Shown here in pieces: positions 1-14,194 of a DNA stretch of 64,000 nt; positions within the stretch are counted from its first letter, which is position 1, and the number at the start of each line of letters is the position of its first letter. The notes under the pieces are model-generated. The model was not told the DNA's origin. It made no database searches and worked only from the letters and a program-made list of their open reading frames with translations. The position numbers and the translations under genes were made by a program. This DNA is from Heptranchias perlo (taxonomy: Eukaryota): positions 1,116,001-1,180,000 of the forward strand of contig NW_027139442.1 in NCBI RefSeq assembly GCF_035084215.1, in the 5' to 3' direction.

Positions 1-3000
1 GTTGTATATTTGAGTCTGTTACATTATGAGATTCTTGGACTGCTATATAATGTGTGGCTCAGTCTGCACTCATGGAATCGATAATCTCTCTTTCAGTCTA
101 ATATTTTATGGGTTTTTCAGTCTGGGATGCAATGTGCAGGTCAGACAGTGCTAATAGAATTGAAGCTGTATCTTCCAGTCTGAACATTTATGAGGTTTTT
201 GGACTAGTATGTAATGTGTAGCTCAGTCTGTACCAAAGGTATTGATAATGTATATTTCAGTATAATACTCTATGAGTATTTACCAATATATCTAATATGT
301 AACTCAGTCTGAACTAATGGAATTGATACAGTATCTTTCAATCTGACACTATGAGATCTTTGGACAGGTATGCAATGTATAACTCAGTCTTCAGTAATGT
401 GACTGTGACATTCATTCTGTATCTGTCAGTTTGTGGTACTGTGTGAGTGAGATTCATTCTGTTCCTGGTAATCTATGTGAGTATGGGATTCATTCTGTAT
501 CTGTCAATTTCTTGTACTGTGTGTGAGTATGAGATTCGTTCTGTATCTGCCATCTCTGGTACTGTGTGTGAATGTGGGATTCATTCTTTATCTGTGTGTC
601 TCTGTACTGTATCTGAGTGTGAGATTCATTCTGTATCTGTATCTAATTATTTTCTCCGATTACATTATGGTATTCAATACTGTACTTTAATATCATAATG
701 TTTAAATAATTTTTCTCATTATTTAATTGGTAAATTTGGATAAACTTCAGGATTTGATGCTGGAGGTTTTAATCAGATAATTTGTGTGCTTTTGGACTAC
801 TATTAAATCTATATCTCTTTGAGTAATATTGTGAATGTTAATATATCTTTCAAACTGACATGGTGACATTTTTGAATTGCTATATAATGTGTAGATCAGT
901 CTGCACGAAATGAATTGATACTGCATTATTACATTTTATTTTATAACATTTTTGGACTGGTATGTAATGTGTATCTCAGTCTGTGCTAATAGAATTGATA
1001 CTGTATTTTTAAATCTCATACTATGAGTATATTATAAACTGGTATCTAATATGTTACTTAGGTTACACTGTCACAGCATTTCTCAATCTGATACTGTACA
1101 TGAGTTTTGGACTGGCAATTTGTATTCGAATGGTACACTATTCGAATGGATACTGCATGATTAAACTCACGTGTGTGTGAGTTCTGGGCTAGTATTCAAT
1201 TTGAATCTCGGGGTATCTGGTACTTAATTCATGGCTAATGTTGCCCTTTTGTGAAATTGACAATCTGAAAGCGAGACTTTGGACTGGGATTTTTGTATCT
1301 ACCTGTCAGTGGGACTGAGTTCGGGAGAAATGGAACAGTGTCTGCCTCACCTGCTCTGTTTGACTGTTGGATTGAAAATGTGTCTCTGGAAATTTGGGAT
1401 CAGTGTGGGACTGACTACTTCTGCTGACTGAGACTGTGGAACTGATGAGCTGTCTGTGTCTCCGTGCTCTGTGAGTGCTAATATACATACTGTGTGTGAG
1501 AAGGAGTTGGCAGCACTGTTCCTTTGCCTCGGGTGGACGAAATTACACATTTAATCTGGCTCCTTCAAGGGTTTGCCTGTAAAAAGAAACGTATCTCTTG
1601 TAACTCAAGAACAGGTGAGGTGGAAAATACAAAAGTGATCAGTTTAATATCTGTTAATAATTATTTTGAATATCCACAATTGAAAATCAGCGATACAAAC
1701 AGTATCAGTATCTGACTCCACTGCAATACTGCAGCACTCAGCTTCTGCAGAGCAGGTGTGTTGGGCTGTTTTATAACAATTTAGAGGCATTCAGACACAA
1801 CCCAACCACTGCACTGGTCCATGAATGGGACTACCCGATGTTCGGGTCAGGTTTCTAAACCCCTCACCCAGGGGACTAACCGTTCAACTGAAAGCAAACA
1901 GCCGTTGTTTAAAATGTGTCCTTCAACTTCTCACCTGGTGCCTGCTCTTTGAATAACTCCCCACATCCTTACTGTCCGGCTCTGTTTCCACTCTTCAATG
2001 TCCAGTAACAATAAACAGGATGAGACTGGAAATAAACCAGGAACATTCACTGCTGGTTTGGGGAGAGAACGCAGCAATGATTTTAAATAGCAGTTTCTTC
2101 CCATTCTCTCTCCCTTACCCTGGACACACCCTGTGCACAAACAGCCCGAGAATGACCTCTCCCTTCCCCCGCTCAATAGATGTTCCTGGACTAGTTCCTG
2201 ATCCACTCCGCCTCTTACAAACAGCCCTCGGACTTCCCCTGCCCTTCCCCCGGACTCAATGGCGATCTGAGCCCATCTGCGGACACGGTCCCGATGCGAT
2301 GAGCTGCTGTAACGAGGCTGCTCTTTGCTCCCTTCCCCCGGGGGCCGTGATCTCTCCATTCCCGGCTGTTTTAAAACATCTTCTTCCGCTCACTGAGGGA
2401 ATGGCGCCCACAAGCGGAGCTGCGGGAGGGGAGCGCGCATGCGCTCTTCCGCTCACCAACAAGCAGCCCTGGGGGCGCGGCTGATTCACGCATGCGCAGA
2501 TATCTGGTTTAATTCTCAATACAAAAATCGATGGAAACTTTCCCCAATTGGAATTTTTCAGAGTCTGAGCAAAGGAGGTGGGTCTGGGGGAAAGGTCAGA
2601 GGGAATGGGGTCCACAGGCAGTGCAGGAACAGGCACCAGAATGGGAAACAGATGGGATTCCACCAGTGCCTAACGCTGGAATCCAGACTGACTTTACAAT
2701 CTCTAACTATTAAACTTGATGTTTCCATCCTTGCTGTTCCTGTCCATATCTTGTGATGGTAAAGAGCCTTTCATAGATTAAGTGGGCGGCTGTGGAATGA
2801 GCCAAAGGATTCTGTTCATTTTTGGCCCCTCTACTGATAAATGAACGTGTGACTCCGAAACTGGAGGGTGGATTTCTCAGACCAATCCTGGAGAAACATG
2901 GGAGGAAAGTGGGAGTTGGTGTATTTGCTGGGACCGTGTAGAATTAATATCTGACAGCAACAATCCCAGATTAATTTAACCGGAGTGAAATTCTCGGTTA

Positions 3001-3540
3001 CTAAGAGTAATATCGAACAGCCTTGAGCTGCAAAACTTCAGATGGTGCAACAGGCAAAAGAGGGTTAAATGTGGCTTATTATTTTTGTCACTCTCTGCAC
3101 TGTCCCTGAGTGTGGGATTAATAGTGTTTCTGTCCCTTGTACAATATCAGTGAGAGATGAGATTGCATCTTCTGTCTCTCCAACGCGATCTTTCTGGATA
3201 AAACGGAACTTTACCGGTTCTCTCACCGCTCTCTCTGTCTCTCTCACCGTGTCTGCTTCCCTTTCTCTCTCTCTGGCGCTGTTTCTGAAGGTGGATATTG
3301 CTATTGTGCGTGATTTAGACACTGATACGAAGTCTAAGACTGATACTGTTTCTCTCTCTCTAGTGCTCACATGCAGGTGGGATACTGTCTGATATAAAAC
3401 AGAGAGAATGAGATGTCCGGGCCGGGCCGCACTATAACTGGGGATGTGTTCGGCATCAGTCCAAGTTAATGGTCATTATCTTTTCACAGATTCAGGGCGA
3501 GTGTCTTTGTCAGACGGTAACGCTGGCGAAGCTAATTTAG
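1..3540 (-). repeat. Inverted copy of the histone-repeat spacer (82/46-bp satellites, exon module, CpG promoter module)
   Basis: Reverse complement aligns by eye with 23400-26500, 43400-46200 and 49350-52300. For example, 1201-1260 rc is close to 50108-50167, and ORF 2256..2663 matches the start of ORFs 24350.. and 44082.. Confidence 0.9.
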
Positions 3541-4075
3541 TTGCGACTTTTAGTAATTTGTGTGTCTGTACCCCTCGATCCCTTTGCTCCTCTATCCTGT
3601 TCAGACTTATTATCCAAACAATATGTGAGCTCCTTATTCTTCATTCTGCAAGTTTATTAATGTCCTCTTGCATTTTGACACATTCTTCCTTTGTATTAAC
3701 TGTACCCCCCAATTTGGTGTCAAAGTCAAATTTTGAAATTGTACTTCCGATTCCCGAATCCAAATCGTTAATGTTAATTGTGAACAGCAGTGGTCCCCGC
3801 ACTGATCCCTGTGTTAAACCACTTCCCACTTTTTGCCACTCCAAGCAACTAACCGTAACCCCTATTCTCTGTTTTCTGTTTTGTCGCCAGCTTGCTTTCC
3901 ATTCTGCGACCTGTCCCCTGACTCCACGGACACTAAACTTTGCCATGAGTCCACAATGCGGTACCTTACATAAGGCTTTCTGAAAATCCAAATGTATTAC
4001 ATCTACCAGGTCACCCTTATTTACTCTTTCTGTTAATTAGTCAAATGATTTAATAAGATTGGTCCTGTCCTTGTC
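3540..4075 (-). mobile_element. CR1 LINE ORF2 (reverse transcriptase) fragment, degenerate
   Basis: Translation DFQKA..KVPH..QGSVRGPLLFTININDLDSGI..ISKF.FDTKLGG matches the RT motifs of the CR1 at 9978-12464. Confidence 0.85.
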
Positions 4076-4081
4076 CTGTTA

Positions 4082-4489
4082 TTAGATTAAATTTTGGCCG
4101 CTTCGCTTGTTCTTGATGCTCCCAGCGCTTTTCTTCGGCAACAGCACGGCCTGGATATTAGGCAGCACCCCGCCCTGAGCGATGGTCACCAGTCCCAGCA
4201 GCTTGTTGAGCTCCTCGTCGTTACGAATGGCCAGCTGCAGGTGTCTGGGGATGATGCGGGTCTTCTTGTTGTCGTGGGCCGCGTTGCCGGCCAGCTCGAG
4301 GATTTCAGCCGTCAGATGCTCGAACAAAGCAGCCAGATAGACCGGGGCTCCGGCACCCACACGTTCAACGTAGTTCCCCTTTCGCAGGAGGCTGTGAACA
4401 CGGTCCAAAGGGAACTGCAGTCCGGCCCGGGATGAGCGAGACTTGGCCTTGGACCGAGCTTTACCGCCGGTTTTTCATCTTCCAGACAT
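4082..4489 (-). pseudogene. H2A: Histone H2A pseudogene
   Basis: Starts ATG TCT GGA AGA TGA, a nonsense change at codon 5. Several missense changes ([14 protein letters not shown]). Normal stop lost (..[10 protein letters not shown]). The 3' stem-loop is absent, replaced by a CR1 fragment. The proximal promoter 4490-4590 is still homologous to 37770-37870. Confidence 0.95.
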
Positions 4490-4936
4490 TTCCACAATCT
4501 CACAAATACTTCCACAAAGAATGAAGAAATCCTCCCCCACTCGCCCTTCTTATACCTTCTGGAGGAGTACAGTGGGGCCACTTGTGATGGGTGTCTCTCA
4601 GAGTGTTTACACTGCCCGCTCACCCTCACTGATATTGCATCTTTCAACTGCTGTAATATTGTCCTTTACTAATATTGCTACTCTGCCTTCATTCCCTATT
4701 TCCCTGTCCTTTCAAAAGATCTTATCGGCTTGAATATTAAGCTGCCACTCGTGCCCAGCTGGTCGTCCGGTCTCTGTAATGATTTAATATAACTATTTAA
4801 CTTTACTCAATGGCTGATGTGAGCTGCGGCAAAATGTATTTCCAACTGGTCAAGTATTGCAGGTATCGACTGTCTCTTCAGTCCGAGAAAAGGTGATGAA
4901 TTACTGGCTGTTCTGTAATTTCCATTGATTGGGGGT

Positions 4937-4970
4937 TGGCGACATCTACTGGGCGGAAACGGGAACTGCA
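4937..4970 (-). promoter_or_regulatory. Bipartite CTCF-like motif next to the tRNA gene
   Basis: rc TGCAGTTCC-CGTTTCCGC-CCAGTAGATGTCGCCA: upstream TGCAG module plus CTCF core at canonical spacing. Confidence 0.65.
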
Positions 4971-5086
4971 CCAGAGCGAGAAAGGATCCGTCAGAAACCA
5001 GTTCAAATGAAGGACAAAATCCAAAAGCCTGCAGTGTCTGTTTAGGGTTTAATGTTTAGGAACTATTTTATGGCGGCAAATTGTCA

Positions 5087-5158
5087 GCGATGGTGGTATC
5101 GTGGTGAGCATAGCTGCCTTCCAAGCAGTTGACTCGGGTTCGATTCCCGGCCATCGCA
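5087..5158 (+). tRNA. tRNA-Gly-TCC: tRNA-Gly (anticodon TCC)
   Basis: 72 nt GCGATGG...CTGCC-TTCCAA-GCAG...GGTTCGATTCC...CCATCGC-A. Cloverleaf and B box intact, T4 run about 30 nt downstream. Carries C at invariant position A14. Confidence 0.9.
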
Positions 5159-5339
5159 ATTAGTTATTCTTATTATTTCACTTCCTTTTGAAACTGGAAG
5201 TTTGCAATCGAATTTGATGCAGTTCAGCTGGATATTGTTTCCAAAATATAAACCGCTGTAATTATATTAAAATGTTTTCAACGTTCATTTCTTTTCCCTA
5301 TAGAAGGAACAGAGGACAAACATACTGGGAATGGTGAGT

Positions 5340-5960
5340 TACCAAGGGTCGAATGAGAGTGAGGAAGGCAAATGATATGTCAGCCTTTATTGCAAGGGTG
5401 TTGGAATATAAGAGGAAGGAATTCTTGCTGCAATTGTACTATGATGAAATATTGTGTAATATTGGCTTATATTCGCTGGAGTTTTGAAGAATGGTCGGTG
5501 ATCGCATTGAAACGTATAAAATTCTTAGGTGGTTTGACAGGGTCGGTGAGGAGAGGCTGATTACCCTGCTGGAGAACCAAGAACTAGAGGTCATAGTCTC
5601 AAGATAAGGGGCCGGACATTTCGGATCGAAATTAGGAAGAATTTCTTCACTGAAAGTGTTGTGAATCTTTGGAATTCTCAACCCCAGAGGGCTGTGGATG
5701 CTCAGTCGTTGAATATATTCAAAGCTGAGATCGATAGATTTTTGCACTCTCGGGGAATCGAGGCATATGGGGATCCAAGTACAGAAATCACTAACAGTGA
5801 TTACTAAATCACTAAAAAGAAGTTAAAATGGAGATGAAATTTTGATCTTTAGCTCAAGGGAACGGGAATAAAAAGGACTGGAAGTTTTGTCACAGTTATA
5901 CAGAGCTCTGGTTCGTCCTCATTTAGAGTACTGTGTTCAGTTCTGGGCACCGCACTCTCT
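5340..5960 (+). mobile_element. Degenerate CR1 3' fragments
   Basis: TTCTTCACTGAAAGTGTTGTGAATCTTTGGAATTCT (FFT.RVV.LWNSLP-like) and CATTTAGAGTACTGTGTTCAGTTCTGGGCACC ([11 protein letters not shown]). Confidence 0.8.
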
Positions 5961-6502
5961 ATAATGGCTTGGAATGAGAAGGAGTTTTTCTCTTTGGGAT
6001 TCTATGCAATGGGAGGGAATAGGAAAGGGTTTGGTCTTTTCGGATTTTTTCCAGTGGGAGTGAAAGAGAAGAGGTTTGTTCCATTGAGATTCATTCTGCG
6101 TGCTCTTGCGTTTACTGGGGAGACCTGTATGTTGCCAAATTGCTTTGTTTTTAACATTGTGCCCCCTCGTTTTACCCTAAATAGAAAAGTATAAATATAA
6201 TGAGACATGGAAAGGAAATTCGTCAGATATCAGGTTATCAGCGGAGCTTATAAGGCCGGTAACTGCTCGCCAGAGAATGCTGAGCCCGATTGACAATATC
6301 AGCTCACTGCCATTAAATGGGTACGGTCACAATACAAACACAGGAAAATAAAATGAATCAAAACTGGACATCAAATAAGAAAGAGGCAAACATTTATTTC
6401 ATAAGTAGATGATATGTCACAGGCAGTCTTGTCGTCAAAACTTGTCATTGCGTGAAATTGATTGGTTGAATGTTGGACTGAAGTTTACTTTCACATCTGT
6501 AT

Positions 6503-6745
6503 TAGGTAATTTCCGTTGGGCAAATAGCAGGCAATCATTTCACAGGTAATATCCGGTTAGGCAGATGGCAGGCAGTCATTTCACAGGTAATTTCCAGTTA
6601 GGCAGATGGCTGGCAGTCATTTCACAGGTAATTTCCGTTGGGCAGATGGCAGGCAATCATTTCACAGGTAATTTCCGTTGGGCAGATGGCAGGCAATCAT
6701 TTCACAGGTAATTTCCGTTAGGAAGATGACAGGCAGTCATTTCAT
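6503..6745. repeat. 40-bp minisatellite, about 6 copies, upstream of the hAT transposase
   Basis: Unit TTCACAGGTAATTTCCGTTGGGCAGATGGCAGGCAATCAT starts at 6621, 6661 and 6701. Confidence 0.9.
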
Positions 6746-6928
6746 TCTGTGGAGCGATGGCCTTTTTCTGGTGGAATACACTTTCAGTTATGATTAGTTT
6801 TTCCGGAGCAACAGCCAAGGCACGCTCTTCCTCGCCGACAAAGTGACGGTGTGTGGTGCTGGTGTAAGTCCAGTATCAAGGGGAAAGGAGTCGGGGGCGG
6901 CTTAATCATCAAACTTTATTTCCCAAAA

Positions 6929-8877
<1,949 letters not shown>

Positions 8878-9129
8878 TAATTAAAATGTTTTTCAAGTAA
8901 CGTCGTTGTCTTATTTTATTTATTACTTGAAGTGAAGTGAAGAGCGAGCATGTATTGACCTTTATTGGGATTTGATGAAAACTCCAGTCAGAAGATATTA
9001 TTTTTTGGGTCCCTGGGGGAAGTGTTTTTCTTCCACTGAGTCACGAGAAAAAAATTTAAAAATAAATGTTCTACATTGTACGGTCAGTGTCTGTTTAGCA
9101 AACCGGCTCTGAATTCCTCAGTCTGTATT

Positions 9130-9600
9130 TCGAGAAACGGTTCTGTGCGCGACGCGGGCAATAAAACACTGACCCACGCACTGCGACTCATGGCTGCCGG
9201 AGGCCCCACAATCCGCCATGCCCCAGAAACCCCTCTATCTTTCGAACGCGCTGACTTCCCGCTCAGACTGCGCATGCTCCCCAGGCCCGCCGTGCATTCT
9301 GGGAAGGCATCGCTCCTTTCCTTTGTTCGCGAGTCGGACTCGGTGGAAACGGGAGAAAAAAACGAGAAGCGGCGGGTAGGACGGGGGAGGCGCTGGGTGA
9401 TGGGTGTAATGGAGTCCCGGGACCCCCGGCTCTGATTCGGGGCCTGAGCCCTACTCGGTGTTGATGAGACTCCGCTCTTTGCAAATGCAGGTTGTTGTTG
9501 ATCTGCTCCCGTTGGCCTCAGCTTTGCCGGACGGAATCAGCCAGGGACGGTGACTGTGCTGCTCCCCATAGTTGAAACGCCCGCAGCTCGCTGCACAGGC
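9130..9600 (+). promoter_or_regulatory. CpG-island promoter and probable non-coding first exon of the zinc-finger gene
   Basis: CpG-rich. NRF1-like TGCGCATGCT 9269-9278, ZNF143/Staf-like TGCATTCTGGGAA 9293-9305, candidate donor CGG|GTAGGA at about 9377. Linkage to the ZF exon is inferred. Confidence 0.6.
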
Positions 9601-9754
9601 TCACAGGTGCAGAATTACCACTTGGCCGGGTACTGGAGGGCAAACAGTGACTGGGCCCGAAACCCAACATCACGCAGAACCTTCAAGAGAGAAAAGGAGG
9701 AAAAATAGATCCTGCGATGAATCTGGATTTCAAAACAGCGAGGAAGTGTCACGG

Positions 9755-9884
9755 AGGGATAGTGTGTGGGATGGGGGAATTCAGAGTTTAATTGGGGCAA
9801 GGAGGGATAGTGTTTGACGGGGGATTTACAGCTTAATAGGGGCAAAGAGGGAGAGTGTGTGGGACGGGAGATTTACAGCTTAAT
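9755..9884. repeat. 45-46-bp G-rich minisatellite, left part (continues at 13956-14110 beyond the CR1 insertion)
   Basis: Unit TTACAGCTTAATWGGGGCAAGGAGGGAGAGTGTGTGGGACGGGGA(T) present on both sides of the LINE. Confidence 0.8.
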
Positions 9885-9977
9885 TCATAGAATAGAATCA
9901 TAGAATCATAGAAGTTACAACATGGAAACAGGCCCTTCGGCCCAACATGTCCATGTCGCCCAGTTTATACCACTAAG

Positions 9978-12926
9978 CTAGTCCCAATTGCCTGCACTTG
10001 GCCCATATCCCTCGATACCCATCTTCCCCATGTAACTGTCCAAATGCTTTTTAAAAGACAAAATTGTACCCGCCTCTACTACTGCCTCTGGCAGCTCGTT
10101 CCAGACACTCACCACCCTTTGAGTGAAAAAATTGCCCCTCTGGATCCTTTTGTATCTCTCCCCTCTCACCTTAAATCTGTGCCCCCTCGTTATAGACTCC
10201 CCTACCTTTGGGAAAAGATTTTGACTATCGACCTTATCTATGCCCCTCATTATTTTATAGACTTCTATAAGATCACCCCTTAACCTCCTACTCTCCAGGG
10301 AATAAAGTCCCAGTCTGTCTAACCTCTCCCTGTAAGTCAAACCATCAAGTCCCGGTAGCATCCTAGTAAATCTTTTCTGCACTCTTTCTAGTTTAATAAT
10401 ATCCTTTCTATAATAGGGTGACCAGAACTGTACACAGTACTCCAAGTGTGGCCTCACCAATGCCCTGTACAACTTCAACAAGACATCCCAACTCCTGCAT
10501 TCAATGTTCTGACCAATGAAACCAAGCATGCTGAATGCCTTCTTCACCACCCTATCCACCTGTGACTCCACTTTCAAGGAGCTATGAATCTGTACTCCTA
10601 GATCTCTTTGTTCTATAACTCTCCCCAACGCCCTACCATTAACGGAGTAGGTCCTGGCCCGATTCGATCTACCAAAATGCATCACCTCACATTTATCTAA
10701 ATTAAACTCCATCTGCCATTCATCGGCCCACTGGCCCAATTTATCAAGATCCCGTTGCAATCCTAGATAACCTTCTTCACTGTCCACAATGCCACCAATC
10801 TTGGTGTCATCTGCAAACTTACTAACCATGCCTCCTAAATTCTCATCCAAATCATTAATATAAATAACAAATAACAGCGGACCCAGCACCGATCCCTGAG
10901 GCACACCGCTGGACACAGGCATCCAGTTTGAAAAACAACCCTCGACAACCACCCTCTGTCTTCTGTCGTCAAGCCAATTTTGTATCCAATTGGCTACCTC
11001 ACCTTGGATCCCATGAGATTTAACCTTATGTAACAACCTACCATGCGGTACCTTGTCAAATGCTTTGCTGAAGTCCATGTAGACCACGTCTACTGCACAG
11101 CCCTCATCTATCTTCTTGGTTACCCCTTCAAAAAACTCAATCAAATTCGTGAGACATGATTTTCCTCTCACAAAACCATGCTGACTGTTCCTAATTAGTC
11201 CCTGCCTCTCCAAATGCCTGTAGATTCTGTCCCTCAGAATACCCTCTAACAACTTACCCACTACAGATGTCAGGCTCACTGGTCTGTAGTTCCCAGGCTT
11301 TTCCCTGCCGCCCTTCTTAAACAAAGGCACAACATTTGCTACCCTCCAATCTTCAGGCACCTCACCTGTAGCGGTGGATGATTCAAATATCTCTGCTAGG
11401 GGACCCGCAATTTCCTCCCTAACCTCCCATAACGTCCTGGGATACATTTCATCAGGTCCCGGAGATTTATCTACCTTGATGCGCGTTAAGACTTCCAGCA
11501 CCTCCCTCTCTGTAATATGTACACTCCTCAAGACATCACTATTTATTTCCCCAAGTTCCCTAACATCCATGCCTTTCTCAACCGTAAATACCGATGTGAA
11601 ATATTCATTCAGGATCTCACCCATCTCTTGTGGTTCCGCACATAGATGACCTTGTTGATCCTTAAGAGGCCCTACTCTCTCCCTAGTTACCCTTTTGCCC
11701 TTTATGTATTTGTAGAAGCTCTTTGGATTCACCTTTGCCTGATCTGCCAAAGCAATCTCATATCCCCTTTTTGCCCTCCTGATTTCTCTCTTAACTCTAC
11801 TCCGGCAATCTCTATACTCTTCAAGGGATCCACTTGATCCCAGCTGCCTATGCATGTCATATGCCTCCTTCTTATTTTTGACTAGTGCCTCAATCTCCCG
11901 AGTCATCCAAGGTTCCCTACTTCTACCAGCCTTGCCCTTCACTTTATAAGGAATGTGCTTACACTGAACCCTGGTTAACACACTTTTGAAAGCCTCCCAC
12001 TTACCAGACGTCCCTTTGCCTGCCAACAGACTCTCCCAATCAACTTCTGAAAGTTCCTGTCTAATACCATCAACATTGGCCTTTCCCCAATTTAGAATTT
12101 TAACTTTTGGGCCAGACCTATCCTTCTCCATAGCTATCTTAAAACTAATGGAATTATGATCACTGGTCCCAAAGTGATCCCTCACTAACACTTCTGTCAC
12201 CTGCCCTTCCTTATTTCCCAAGAGGAGGTCAAGTTTTGCCCCCTCTCTAGTCGGGCCATCCACATACTGAATGAGAAATTCCTCCTGAATACACTCAACA
12301 AATTTCTCTCCATCCAAGCCCCTAATGCTATGGCTGTCCCAGTCAATGTTGGGAAAGTTAAAGTCCCCCACTATTACCACCCTATTTTTCTTGCAGCTGT
12401 CTGTAATCTCCTTACATATTTGCTCCTCAATTTCCCGTTGACTATTTGGGGGTCTGTAGTACAATCATATCAAAGTGATCTCTCCCTTCTTATTTTTCAG
12501 TTCTACCCATATGGACTCAGTGGGCGAACCCTCGGATATATACCCTCTCACTACTGCCGTGATGTTCTCCCTAATCAAGAACGCAACTCCCCCTCCTCTC
12601 TTACCTCCTGCTCTATCTTTCCTATAGCATCTGTACCCTGGAACATTGAGCTGCCAGTCCTGCCCCTCCCTTAGCCATGTTTCAGTAATAGCTATAACAT
12701 CCCAGTCCCATGTACCCATCCATGCCCTGAGTTCATCTGCCTTGCCCATCAGACTTCTTGCATTGAAATAAATGCAGTTTAATCTAGTCTTCCCTTGGTC
12801 TTTGCCCTGCTTTCTCAGACCATCTGTCCGGTCATGTTCTGTACACTCTCCCTTACTGCCTTTTGTTTCTGTCACCACTTTATTTCCCACTGACTTCCTG
12901 CATCGGTTCCCATCCCCCTGCCACAT
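9978..12926 (-). pseudogene. CR1 ORF2 (APE endonuclease + reverse transcriptase) with one premature stop
   Basis: ORFs 12465..12926 and 9978..12464 are in frame, separated by a single TGA (ITLI*LYYRPP, 12465-12467). Motifs [29 protein letters not shown]. Confidence 0.95.
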
Positions 12927-13874
12927 TAGTTTAAACCCTCCCCAACAGCACTAGCAAACACTCCCCCTAGGACATTGGTTCCAGTCCTGCCCAGATGCAG
13001 ACCGTCCAATTTGTACTGGTCCCACCTCCCCCAGAACCGGTTCCAATGGCCCAGGAATTTGAATCCCTCCCTCTTGCACCATCTCTCAAGCCACGTATTC
13101 ATCTTAGCTATCCTGTCATTCCTACTCTGACTAGCCCGTGGCACTGGTAGCAATCCTGAGATTACTAGCTTTGAGGTCCTACTCTTTAGTTTAACTCCTA
13201 ACTCCCTAAATTCAGCTTGTAGGACCTCATCCTGTTTTTTTACCTATATCGTTGGTGCCTATATGCACCACGACAACTGGCTGTTCACCCTCCCCCTCCA
13301 GAATGTCCTGCAGCCGCTCCGAGACATCCTTGACCCTTGCACCAGGGAGGCAACATACCATCCTGGAGTCTCGGTTGCGTCCGCAGAAACGCCTGTCTAT
13401 TCCCCTTACAATCGAGTCCCCTATCACTATAGCTCTGCCACTCTTTTTCCTGCCCTCCTGTGCAGCAGAGCCAGCCACGGTGCCATGAACCTGGCCACTG
13501 CCACCTTCCCCTGGTGAGCCATCTCCGCCAACAGTATCCAAAACGGTATACCTGTTTTGGAGGGAGATGACCGCAGGGGACCCCTGCACTGCCTTCCTAC
13601 TCTTCCTCTGTCTGTTGGTCACCCATTCACTATCTCCCTCAGTAATTTTTATCTGCGGTGTGACCAACTCACTGAACGTGCTATCCACGACTTTCTCAGC
13701 ATCGCGGATGCTCCAAAGTGAGTCCATCCGCAGCTCCAGAGCCGTCAAGCTGTCAAACAATAGCTGCAGCTGGACACACTTCCCGCAGGTGAAGGAATCA
13801 GGGATACAGGAAGGAGCCCTGAGTTCCCACATCCCACAAGAGGAACATGACACGGCGCTGGGATCTCCTGCCAT
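12926..13874 (-). pseudogene. CR1 ORF1 (Zn finger/coiled coil + SGNH esterase) with a +1 frameshift
   Basis: CSSC..CGKC, GDSIVR, IGTND, DGLHL. Removing one A from the A7 run at 13235-13241 restores DIGKKQDEVLQAEFRE. The stop overlaps the ORF2 start as TAATG. Confidence 0.92.
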
Positions 13875-14194
13875 GACTTAACCCTTAAATTAGCTTAAGA
13901 ACAACTACAATGTCAAGAGAAAAAAAAAGGAAAGAAAAACTACTTACCACTCCCTTTAAGGAGGCAAGGAGGGAGAGTCTGGGACGGATGATTTACAGCT
14001 TGATATGGGCAGCGAGGGAGATTGTGTGGGATGGGGATTTACAGCTTAATATGGGCAAGGAGGGAGAGTGTGTTAGACGGGGCATTCACAGCTTAGGAGG
14101 GGCAAGGGAGAAAAGACTGTTCCAGAGAAACTAGAACTGTGTGTTCTGAATTTCTATCCTGTACTTATGGTGATGAATTATGTAAATGATGAAC

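Larger units (their letters stand above)
9885..13955 (-). mobile_element. Near full-length CR1-clade LINE, about 4.07 kb
   Basis: ORF1 + ORF2 + 3' (ATTCTATG)n-type tail (plus strand TCATAGAATAGAATCATAGAATCATAGAA at 9885-9913). Interrupts a minisatellite unit. Confidence 0.97.

Noticed and set aside
12465-12467. Programmed readthrough or selenocysteine at the TGA in CR1 ORF2
   Set aside because: Most simply a GGA>TGA point mutation; no supporting signal seen
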